Assembly: GCA_000002435.2 (NCBI GenBank)
Contig: CM018793.1
DNA length: 64,000 nt
Source of the DNA: Giardia intestinalis
Lineage: Eukaryota
Strand: one strand, 5' to 3'
The notes under the pieces are model-generated. The model made no database searches. It saw nothing but the letters and a program-made list of their open reading frames with translations, and had not been told where the DNA came from. The stretch's first letter is position 1, and the number at the start of each line of letters is the position of its first letter. Positions 47,801-56,790 of the stretch are shown piece by piece. The translations under genes were made by a program, and so were the position numbers.

Positions 47801-50641
47801 GGTCGCACAGCCCGCGGTGGTCAAGGGGTCCTCGCATTGATCTGCGTTTGGGACGCACGTCGTCCCGTCCGACGAGGGCTTGTTCCCAGGCGTGCACTCG
47901 CAGACCCCACTATTTTCTGTGGTCACGCTCGGAGGGCACGAAGCGATGCAGCCCTTCTTGTCCGGCCTGACCTTCTTTGAGGACGAGCAGGTGAGGCAGG
48001 TTTGTGCGCTACCCGTGCCGGTGCAGGTCGCACAGCCCGCGGTGGTCAAGGGGTCCTCGCATTGATCTGCGTTTGGGACGCACGTCGTCCCGTCCGACGA
48101 GGGCTTGTTCCCAGGCGTGCACTCGCAGACCCCACTATTTTCTGTGGTCACGCTCGGAGGGCACGAAGCGATGCAGCCCTTCTTGTCCGGCCTGACCTTC
48201 TTTGAGGACGAGCAGGTGAGGCAGGTTTGTGCGCTACCCGTGCCGGTGCAGGTCGCACAGCCCGCGGTGGTCAAGGGGTCCTCGCATTGATCTGCGTTTG
48301 GGACGCACGTCGTCCCGTCCGACGAGGGCTTGTTCCCAGGCGTGCACTCGCAGACCCCACTATTTTCTGTGGTCACGCTCGGAGGGCACGAAGCGATGCA
48401 GCCCTTCTTGTCCGGCCTGACCTTCTTTGAGGACGAGCAGGTGAGGCAGGTTTGTGCGCTACCCGTGCCGGTGCAGGTCGCACAGCCCGCGGTGGTCAAG
48501 GGGTCCTCGCATTGATCTGCGTTTGGGACGCACGTCGTCCCGTCCGACGAGGGCTTGTTCCCAGGCGTGCACTCGCAGACCCCACTATTTTCTGTGGTCA
48601 CGCTCGGAGGGCACGAAGCGATGCAGCCCTTCTTGTCCGGCCTGACCTTCTTTGAGGACGAGCAGGTGAGGCAGGTTTGTGCGCTACCCGTGCCGGTGCA
48701 GGTCGCACAGCCCGCGGTGGTCAAGGGGTCCTCGCATTGATCTGCGTTTGGGACGCACGTCGTCCCGTCCGACGAGGGCTTGTTCCCAGGCGTGCACTCG
48801 CAGACCCCACTATTTTCTGTGGTCACGCTCGGAGGGCACGAAGCGATGCAGCCCTTCTTGTCCGGCCTGACCTTCTTTGAGGACGAGCAGGTGAGGCAGG
48901 TTTGTGCGCTACCCGTGCCGGTGCAGGTCGCACAGCCCGCGGTGGTCAAGGGGTCCTCGCATTGATCTGCGTTTGGGACGCACGTCGTCCCGTCCGACGA
49001 GGGCTTGTTCCCAGGCGTGCACTCGCAGACCCCACTATTTTCTGTGGTCACGCTCGGAGGGCACGAAGCGATGCAGCCCTTCTTGTCCGGCCTGACCTTC
49101 TTTGAGGACGAGCAGGTGAGGCAGGTTTGTGCGCTACCCGTGCCGGTGCAGGTCGCACAGCCCGCGGTGGTCAAGGGGTCCTCGCATTGATCTGCGTTTG
49201 GGACGCACGTCGTCCCGTCCGACGAGGGCTTGTTCCCAGGCGTGCACTCGCAGACCCCACTATTTTCTGTGGTCACGCTCGGAGGGCACGAAGCGATGCA
49301 GCCCTTCTTGTCCGGCCTGACCTTCTTTGAGGACGAGCAGGTGAGGCAGGTTTGTGCGCTACCCGTGCCGGTGCAGGTCGCACAGCCCGCGGTGGTCAAG
49401 GGGTCCTCGCATTGATCTGCGTTTGGGACGCACGTCGTCCCGTCCGACGAGGGCTTGTTCCCAGGCGTGCACTCGCAGACCCCACTATTTTCTGTGGTCA
49501 CGCTCGGAGGGCACGAAGCGATGCAGCCCTTCTTGTCCGGCCTGACCTTCTTTGAGGACGAGCAGGTGAGGCAGGTTTGTGCGCTACCCGTGCCGGTGCA
49601 GGTCGCACAGCCCGCGGTGGTCAAGGGGTCCTCGCATTGATCTGCGTTTGGGACGCACGTCGTCCCGTCCGACGAGGGCTTGTTCCCAGGCGTGCACTCG
49701 CAGACCCCACTATTTTCTGTGGTCACGCTCGGAGGGCACGAAGCGATGCAGCCCTTCTTGTCCGGCCTGACCTTCTTTGAGGACGAGCAGGTGAGGCAGG
49801 TTTGTGCGCTACCCGTGCCGGTGCAGGTCGCACAGCCCGCGGTGGTCAAGGGGTCCTCGCATTGATCTGCGTTTGGGACGCACGTCGTCCCGTCCGACGA
49901 GGGCTTGTTCCCAGGCGTGCACTCGCAGACCCCACTATTTTCTGTGGTCACGCTCGGAGGGCACGAAGCGATGCAGCCCTTCTTGTCCGGCCTGACCTTC
50001 TTTGAGGACGAGCAGGTGAGGCAGGTTTGTGCGCTACCCGTGCCGGTGCAGGTCGCACAGCCCGCGGTGGTCAAGGGGTCCTCGCATTGATCTGCGTTTG
50101 GGACGCACGTCGTCCCGTCCGACGAGGGCTTGTTCCCAGGCGTGCACTCGCAGACCCCACTATTTTCTGTGGTCACGCTCGGAGGGCACGAAGCGATGCA
50201 GCCCTTCTTGTCCGGCCTGACCTTCTTTGAGGACGAGCAGGTGAGGCAGGTTTGTGCGCTACCCGTGCCGGTGCAGGTCGCACAGCCCGCGGTGGTCAAG
50301 GGGTCCTCGCATTGATCTGCGTTTGGGACGCACGTCGTCCCGTCCGACGAGGGCTTGTTCCCAGGCGTGCACTCGCAGACCCCACTATTTTCTGTGGTCA
50401 CGCTCGGAGGGCACGAAGCGATGCAGCCCTTCTTGTCCGGCCTGACCTTCTTTGAGGACGAGCAGGTGAGGCAGGTTTGTGCGCTACCCGTGCCGGTGCA
50501 GGTCGCACAGCCCGCGGTGGTCAAGGGGTCCTCGCATTGATCTGCGTTTGGGACGCACGTCTGCCCGTTCGCCGACGGCGTGTTCCCAGCCTTGCAGTTT
50601 GCCCGTGCTACTGTACAAAATAGAAGAAGCCCTAGCAACAT
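44876..50641 (-). CDS. Variant-specific surface protein (VSP), 1921 aa. It has a signal peptide, 21 identical 75-aa tandem repeats plus one divergent N-proximal copy, and a membrane-proximal Cys-rich region. The C-terminus is a TM helix plus the invariant CRGKA tail.
   Basis: N-terminus [14 protein letters not shown]. Repeat unit [75 protein letters not shown] with CXXC motifs. C-terminus ...[23 protein letters not shown]. ATG at 50639-50641. Confidence 0.9.
   Translation of the reverse strand: [1921 protein letters not shown]
45830..50555. repeat. Tandem array of 21 x 225 bp inside the VSP coding region. The units appear identical at nucleotide level. There is a divergent extra unit at the 5' (N-terminal) end, and the junction at the 3' end also differs.
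   Basis: Period measured directly: 'gcacgtcgtcccgtccgacgagggc' recurs at 45830, 46055, ... with constant 225-nt spacing. The + strand antisense ORFs (MFPGVHSQTPLF...) recur every 225 nt from 46080 to 50355 with identical translations. The last unit diverges at 50555 (gcacgtctgcccgttcgccgac). Confidence 0.9.
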
Positions 50642-50787
50642 TAGCCGGAACCTACACTCGGTTATCGACTCGCATCTGCTCTTCGAAGGATTGCAACAGT
50701 AAAACTATGGACTACCACCAACCTAATTGTAGATCAATGCGTTGAGAATAACGAGCTCTAATGGATGTGTCACCATTCAGTGGCTAG

Positions 50788-51036
50788 CTACTGCCATGAC
50801 TCTGCCTCTGAAGCCAAGAACGGGCTTTCATCGTTGACGTAGCAGGTTCCTGTTTCAATAGCAAAGCCTCTAGCCCACTTGTATCTGTTCTGATTCCCTC
50901 GGTGGTTCTCTGCACAAATGTATTCAGAGGACTGACCCTCGTACAATCTTACCTTTGCTATGTTTATCACCGGTGATCCTGCCGGCTTCTTCTGTGGTGG
51001 TTTCTCCGCTGCGGGAAACCACGACACAATACTCAT
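50788..51036 (-). CDS. Small hypothetical ORF, 82 aa, in the VSP / GTPase intergenic region. Function not recognised.
   Basis: ORF only; no motif recognised; could be spurious. Confidence 0.2.
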   Translation of the reverse strand: MSIVSWFPAAEKPPQKKPAGSPVINIAKVRLYEGQSSEYICAENHRGNQNRYKWARGFAIETGTCYVNDESPFLASEAESWQ

Positions 51037-51476
51037 TCAGATAGCAAATACGCCAGCTAATATTACCGTACGCTTATTATCTTTTTCATGCTCACACAGG
51101 TAGCTGGGCTCTGCACCTCTCTTCGTTGTAGTCGTTGCCTACACTAGTTGTGTGCACTAGACACCTGCTCTGCTCACTGTCTGCGAGGAGCAGCAGACCA
51201 ATGAGCTCGGCGACTAGCCACGTGTTTTGCATGGGCAATGGATGGTATAGACTTACACTTGTGCATCCTGCTCGATCATTGCTAGCGATGCCACGTTGCC
51301 AGAGAGTAAGCTCGAATATCAAAAATGGATTACAGGCCACTCGTGGAGCTAACCATGTGCGCCAAGGACTGTCACATGCATAAGACACAGCTGACCTGTG
51401 CAATTGAAATCTTGTGCAGCATTATAAACCAATGACTTAAAATTATTTAACGCTAAAAAATCAGTATGAGATAAAA

Positions 51477-52148
51477 ATGAGTCTTGGCGCGACTGGCGAA
51501 AATGAGTTTCAGTACTACACAATAGAGCGGATTATCCAAGGATGTATAATAGGCGACAAAAAGGTGGGAAAAACAACGATCATCCGCAGATTGTCCTGTT
51601 TGATGAATACTCTGAGCGGCGACATACGCGACGACTCCATTAACAAGGTTTCAGGCATTTATAGCTATCAGGAGTTATCCATTGGGATCCGCTTGTTTGA
51701 CTACCCGCGCCTCGGGGCACTGGACTCCGATGAAATTTTTCAGCTCCTCACAGATATGCAAGGCGTCATCTTTGTTTGTGATATCAATGATAAGGAGTCT
51801 ATAGCTACTGCAGCCAGGGGCGCTGAGTGCATTCGCGCCAAGCGCCCAGAACTAGTTATCTTACTGGTCTTCAACAAGGATGACGGAGACTATGATCGCT
51901 TGGTTCCCACAAACGTCGAATTGCAGGCCGTTGCCGCAAAGAGCGGATCCATCTGCCTACGCTGCAGTGCAAAAGAGAACTACAACATGGAGGACCTCTT
52001 GTTCAATTTTGTGGATAACATTGTGAATCCCAATCAGCAATATATGAAGTTTTGTCTGGCCAAGTCCATAAGTTTGACAAAACTTAAGACAGGGGAGTCC
52101 CAAAAGAATAACGCACACGGGGACAAGAAAGGCTGCTCCGTGATGTGA
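51477..52148 (+). CDS. Divergent Ras-superfamily small GTPase with a C-terminal CAAX box, 223 aa.
   Basis: G1 GDKKVGKT. G4 NKDD (VFNKDDGD). G5 CSAK. C-terminal CSVM prenylation motif. Switch II reads LFDYPRLGA instead of WDTAGQE, i.e. no catalytic Gln. Confidence 0.6.
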   Translation: MSLGATGENEFQYYTIERIIQGCIIGDKKVGKTTIIRRLSCLMNTLSGDIRDDSINKVSGIYSYQELSIGIRLFDYPRLGALDSDEIFQLLTDMQGVIFVCDINDKESIATAARGAECIRAKRPELVILLVFNKDDGDYDRLVPTNVELQAVAAKSGSICLRCSAKENYNMEDLLFNFVDNIVNPNQQYMKFCLAKSISLTKLKTGESQKNNAHGDKKGCSVM

Positions 52149-52236
52149 CCCCGTGAGTTTACTGATTTTCAGCCGTGCACGTTTCCAAAATTATATTAAA
52201 TTTATTAAGTTTCTGCTTAAAGTATTCTAAAAAGAA

Positions 52237-53526
52237 ATGTCTTTGCCCTCCACCGTGCAGCTCAACTGCGGCCAGACGCTTCCGGGCAGGTATGCAAAGT
52301 CTGCCCTGAGTGAGCACCTTTCGGACGATCATGGCATCCCCCTTCCCGAGTACATCAACCTTTATAAACATTTTGCAAGTCAGCCAGGCGTCGGTCTAGT
52401 GATTTCGGGCCACATGATGGTTTCGAGGGAAGGACGAGGAGAACTGGGGAACGTTTGCTTCTCTAAGAGCGACTTTGAGAATGCTGAGACACCCTTGATA
52501 TCTCAGCTCAAGAAAACTGTAGAGGCCTCACGCAAAGGGAACCCTGATGTCAAGTTGCTGGCGCAAATAAACCACTGCGGAAGACAGATACCGAAAAAAG
52601 TCTTGAAGGCCAACTTCACTGAAGATAGCAAGTCTCACTACAAAGGCAAGGCCATCTCCTTTTACGACCGCGCATGTCCAGGGCTCTCGCTGATGTTCCC
52701 CAAACCTCTATGCATCAAGGATGAGCTTCCATTCTTTGAAAAGGGAGATGCTGCCAATTCGCCTATTCTGAACGAGCTCGTGGAGGAGTATAGCCAGACG
52801 GCTGAATGTGTGGTCCACAAATGTGGGTACGACGGGGTCCAACTTCACACAGCTCATGGATATCTGATGAGTGATATAGTCACCAATGGAGGCTGGGCTG
52901 TGTTTAGAAAGACTCTAGAAGCATGTCGAGCGAAAATCGGGTCTAGTTCTATTTTGGGCGTTAAAATTAACATTCCCGACACGGATTTGTCTGTCAAGGA
53001 GTACAGTGATAACCTTATTGCGATCGCTAATGACGAAGCAATCCTCCTTGATTTCATCGAGTTTTCAGCTGGGAGCTATAGCAAGCCTGTGATGATGTCC
53101 TCGGCTGGACACTTCACTCTGGACTTTGGAACCATTTTCAGGCAAGCCCTAGAAACTACCAAGTCGGGTTGCAAGGTTATGGTTACAGGACGATTCACAT
53201 CTGCGGAGATGGCAGACAAGGCAATTAGTGAGTCCAAGGTGGATCTGGTTGGCTTTGGCCGCGCATTCTGCCTCCCCCAGCCGTTTGACGAAAGCACGAC
53301 ACGCATCATCCGTGGAGGGCTGCCACTTTCCAAGTTCTCTGCGTCCATCATTTATCAGCTGGCAAAGCTAGTGCCGATGGTTTCGACCGGCCCCAACACC
53401 ATGTATTGGGCGGGCTGGATGGCTAAAGTTGCACGCGGCGAAGTCTCCACAAACAAGGAGGTTGAGGACTACAAGATAAAGGGCACGGGCCTCACTTGGT
53501 ATATCTCCACGCTGATGAAACTGTAA
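52237..53526 (+). CDS. FMN-dependent NADH:flavin oxidoreductase of the Old Yellow Enzyme / TIM-barrel family, 429 aa.
   Basis: YDGVQLHTAHGYLMSDIV matches the OYE active-site region (DGVEIHGAHGYLL.QFL). Length and N-terminal (S/T)xxLP-type segment are consistent. Confidence 0.55.
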   Translation: MSLPSTVQLNCGQTLPGRYAKSALSEHLSDDHGIPLPEYINLYKHFASQPGVGLVISGHMMVSREGRGELGNVCFSKSDFENAETPLISQLKKTVEASRKGNPDVKLLAQINHCGRQIPKKVLKANFTEDSKSHYKGKAISFYDRACPGLSLMFPKPLCIKDELPFFEKGDAANSPILNELVEEYSQTAECVVHKCGYDGVQLHTAHGYLMSDIVTNGGWAVFRKTLEACRAKIGSSSILGVKINIPDTDLSVKEYSDNLIAIANDEAILLDFIEFSAGSYSKPVMMSSAGHFTLDFGTIFRQALETTKSGCKVMVTGRFTSAEMADKAISESKVDLVGFGRAFCLPQPFDESTTRIIRGGLPLSKFSASIIYQLAKLVPMVSTGPNTMYWAGWMAKVARGEVSTNKEVEDYKIKGTGLTWYISTLMKL

Positions 53527-53545
53527 ATGATCGTTTATTGAAGAG

Positions 53546-56500
53546 TCATCCAATGTGCTGGCGAAGCAGGGCCTCGATTGACTTCTTAATCTCTGCATTG
53601 GCATGTCTAGCGGCTTCTGTGGCATAATGAAGAGCGGATCTGCCCCTTCTGTCGCGAAGCCGAATCTCCTTAGGGATAAGCATACGAACGCAGTCTATGT
53701 GGCCAAACTGGCAAGCCCACATGAGGGCTGTTGTGCCCCATGCAGTCTGAATCTTAGCCTCACTTCCTATCAGCAGAGCAACTATCTGTTTATGGCCTGC
53801 GCCTGCAGCCAGCATAAGAGCGGTAATCCCCTCGGCATCCTGCAGCGCGCCCTGCGTTGGTATAAGAGACCACACTGCGTAAACATCATTGTTCTCGGCC
53901 GCAGACATGAGCTGTGTCCTTGTTCCGTTCACGCGCTCGATGGGTTCTACTTCAAGGCCCTCAGCCTTGCGCAGCTTCTCTGCAACTTCGTAGTGTCCTC
54001 GGTGAAGGGCAATGTGGATTGCCATTTGCCCTGATGAATCCTTTATCCCAGCTTCTTTTTCCAACAGAAGAGGCACGGAGCTCACTCTATTGTATTCAGC
54101 CGCAAGCATAAGTGCCGTCTTGCCATCTGGGGCAACTTGTCCGGCATACTCCAGGTTAGCTTCGATGTCTGATGCCTTGCCTTTCATAATGGCTCTCATA
54201 AGAGGAGTGTATGTAGCCAATCGTGCCTCTAGTAACGCGCTAGCTTGTTCGCCCGATAGTCCGAACGTCATCTTAAGTGCTCCCTTAGATCTCTCCTCCA
54301 GCTTTGGAGCAACGTGGTTGTCTGTGTCATAAAACTCTATGTGGTGCGAAGCCGAAACCTTGGAGGTCTTTTGCGAGGATTTATGCGAAGAAGACACATG
54401 CTTGGAAGAAGAGGCACTGGATCGAGAACGCGATTTCGATGACGAGCGCACAGAATTCCTACTAGCATTAGCCGCGGAACCCTTTTTGTCCTCAACCATC
54501 TGCAGCTCTCCGCCGATAGCATTGGTCAGCTCGTGTTTGAGCTTTTCGTTTTCCTCAGCTAGTTCGTCTATCTGCTCCTCGAGCTTTGTTGTGGTGTCCA
54601 CCAAGGCCTTGACCACGATGTCATGGTTGAAGGTTTCTTCCTCAGTTATTCTAGCAATTGCAGCAACGACCTTGGCTGCGGCTGAGACAGACCGAACATT
54701 CCGGCTAATGGCTGAAGGCTGCGCCTTCGCAGCCTTCTTCATCTTCTCGTTCTCCTTTTCTAGGGTTTCCAGGCGGTTCACGACATTATCAAGCTGCTTC
54801 TTCTGCTTTTTGAGAGCCGACTCTTGCGACTTTGAGTGAGCAAGGCTACTATCGAGTGCCGCGAGTATTTGTTTCTTTTCGTCAATGGTGCGTTGTAGAC
54901 AGTCTTCCACAATCTTTAGTTCATTGATGTGCTGTTGTCGGTTCTCTGCAGTATCTGTTTCTTTCTCCAAATCAATCCCCACGCTACGTGCCGGGGGCAC
55001 ATTCATATCGATAAGACCGCTCTTCACCAACATCGAATCAGTGCCTCCGTGGCTACCAAAACTCTTGTGCACTGCAGCCTCTGCATCAGGAGTCTCAGTG
55101 CGCACATTTTCAAGTGTAGCACAATGGTGCGATTCTGTATGATTGCCTTCATCTTTTGTGCTCCCTGGACGCGGTTGTGCAGACGTAGCACTATGAAGCT
55201 TCTTCTCTGTTATGCGAAGAAGATCCTTGGTTTCACTGAGCTGCTCGGATTGGAGCCTAAACTCAAGATTAAGCGACTGATATTTCTGTTCAAGGCTTTC
55301 GTTTTTCGCCGTTAGACGATCTAGCTTTCCTTTCAACAGCTTCAGCTGAGTTTCTTGTGTCTCTACCTGCATTTGCAGCTCATCACGCTCCTGTCTAAGG
55401 TCACTTAGTTCTGCCTCATTAGACTCATTCTGTGTAGCGTTGTTACCAATTGCTGACTCTATGTCTGCAATTGCCTTGAACATATTTTCTTTCTTGAGTG
55501 ATTGCTCTGTCTCCTCTAGTTTTTGTTCTAAGACATTGCACTTGTCCTTGGCATCTCTAAGAGCTTCCTGGAGCGCTACTATTTCAATCTGCTTAGCGTC
55601 CAGCTCTGCACTCTTCTCCCCATGCTCTAATGTTTTGTTTGCAAGCCTGTTTTCTGTGTCTACTAAAGTGTTCTCGGTATTCTTCAAAGTACATAACAGT
55701 TGGTCATTTTCTGCCCTCAGATCATTCACCTCTGCCTGAAGCTTCTCTTGAATTGCAGATTGCTCTGCTAGTTGAGCAGAAAGATCATCAATGGAGTTCT
55801 GCTGACCATTCTTCTCCAACAGCTCTGCCACTTGGTGAGTTGCATCACTCAGCTTATCTGTTAGCTCTTGCACCTCTCTACGCAAGCACTCTTCCTGACC
55901 AGTGAGTGTGTCCCTTTGTTCCTTTAACTCCACTACTTCATCTCGGGCGCTGGAGAGGTTCACAACTAGCTCAGAGTTACGGCCCTCAAGCTCCTGCAAA
56001 AGAGCCTGAAGTCTCTCGATTTCAGCATCCTTGTCAGCAGCAAGAGCTTCAATGGCTGACGCATCAGAATCCTTCTTGTCAGTGATGTTCATTATGTAAA
56101 GAGCAAGGCTGTCATGTCCATTTGCTTGAGCATTTTCTGCAGCTGCCATTCGTGCTGATGTGTCAAAGGGACACTCATGCAGTAGACTCTCCACACACTC
56201 ATGATGTCCGGCCCTCGACGCATAGTCCAACGCAGTTAGTCCCATGTTATCAGACTCGTTCCCGTAATGGAAGAATAGAACACGGAGCGCGTGTATACTT
56301 CCTGCTTCTGCTGCAACCATTAGAGGAGTCACGGAGTCATCTCTTCGGCAATCTGAAAGATAGGGGAGGAGAATTGGAATGCACGACGATACATCCAGCT
56401 TAGCGGCCAGCATGAGCGCATTGTCCCCATCATTGTTTGTAAGCTTTGCTTCTTGCTCAACTAATAGTCTGACCATTTTCGGATCATCGTTTTGTACTGC

Positions 56501-56620
56501 GAGCATCAGACCCGTAAGCCCGTCTGCATTCTGGGTCCCAGCAAACAAGGAGATGCCTTCCTGGACTGTGTGGTAGTCACGCGACACAATAGCGTCAAAC
56601 CAGCGCTCTGGGTCGTCCAT
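53546..56620 (-). CDS. Ankyrin-repeat + coiled-coil protein, Protein 21.1 family, 1024 aa.
   Basis: N-terminus MDDPERWFDAIVSRDYHTVQ. Ankyrin repeats (GLTGLMLAVQNDDPKMVRLLV; GLTALDYASRAGHHECVESLL). Long coiled coil. C-terminal ankyrin repeats (GKTALMLAAEYNRVSSVPLLL; GITALMLAAGAGHKQIVALLI; GRSALHYATEAARHANAEI). Confidence 0.8.
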   Translation of the reverse strand: MDDPERWFDAIVSRDYHTVQEGISLFAGTQNADGLTGLMLAVQNDDPKMVRLLVEQEAKLTNNDGDNALMLAAKLDVSSCIPILLPYLSDCRRDDSVTPLMVAAEAGSIHALRVLFFHYGNESDNMGLTALDYASRAGHHECVESLLHECPFDTSARMAAAENAQANGHDSLALYIMNITDKKDSDASAIEALAADKDAEIERLQALLQELEGRNSELVVNLSSARDEVVELKEQRDTLTGQEECLRREVQELTDKLSDATHQVAELLEKNGQQNSIDDLSAQLAEQSAIQEKLQAEVNDLRAENDQLLCTLKNTENTLVDTENRLANKTLEHGEKSAELDAKQIEIVALQEALRDAKDKCNVLEQKLEETEQSLKKENMFKAIADIESAIGNNATQNESNEAELSDLRQERDELQMQVETQETQLKLLKGKLDRLTAKNESLEQKYQSLNLEFRLQSEQLSETKDLLRITEKKLHSATSAQPRPGSTKDEGNHTESHHCATLENVRTETPDAEAAVHKSFGSHGGTDSMLVKSGLIDMNVPPARSVGIDLEKETDTAENRQQHINELKIVEDCLQRTIDEKKQILAALDSSLAHSKSQESALKKQKKQLDNVVNRLETLEKENEKMKKAAKAQPSAISRNVRSVSAAAKVVAAIARITEEETFNHDIVVKALVDTTTKLEEQIDELAEENEKLKHELTNAIGGELQMVEDKKGSAANASRNSVRSSSKSRSRSSASSSKHVSSSHKSSQKTSKVSASHHIEFYDTDNHVAPKLEERSKGALKMTFGLSGEQASALLEARLATYTPLMRAIMKGKASDIEANLEYAGQVAPDGKTALMLAAEYNRVSSVPLLLEKEAGIKDSSGQMAIHIALHRGHYEVAEKLRKAEGLEVEPIERVNGTRTQLMSAAENNDVYAVWSLIPTQGALQDAEGITALMLAAGAGHKQIVALLIGSEAKIQTAWGTTALMWACQFGHIDCVRMLIPKEIRLRDRRGRSALHYATEAARHANAEIKKSIEALLRQHIG

Positions 56621-56790
56621 AGCTTACTCTAATTTTAAATTTTGAACTTTATCGCAACTTATAACTTCTTGCTAGAACTCTGGAATCTCCTTAAACCGGG
56701 AGGTGTATGATGGCAGTCGATTGATCGGGAGTTAGTACCATGTTTTTATGACTTTACATAAGGTCTTGCCACTTCACAATCGAGGAGTAT

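Noticed and set aside
45756-50745. Dozens of 61-94-aa ORFs on the + strand recurring every 225 nt (MFPGVHSQTPLF..., MCATRAGAGRTARGG..., MRYPCRCRSHSPRW...).
   Set aside because: They are the antisense frames of the VSP tandem repeat (minus-strand gene 44876-50641). Their periodicity simply mirrors the 225-bp unit and they are not independent genes. The regular array is also not a CRISPR: the units are identical 225-bp coding repeats with no unique spacers.
50788-51036. Considered whether the 82-aa ORF is ribosomal protein eS21 or another small ribosomal or Sm-like protein.
   Set aside because: Only a vague resemblance (YICAENHRGNQ vs eS21 YAICGAIRRMGESD). Not enough to name it; kept as low-confidence hypothetical.
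51092-51403. 103-aa minus-strand ORF between the VSP and the GTPase gene.
   Set aside because: No motif, odd composition, and it overlaps the probable promoter region of the GTPase. Probably spurious.
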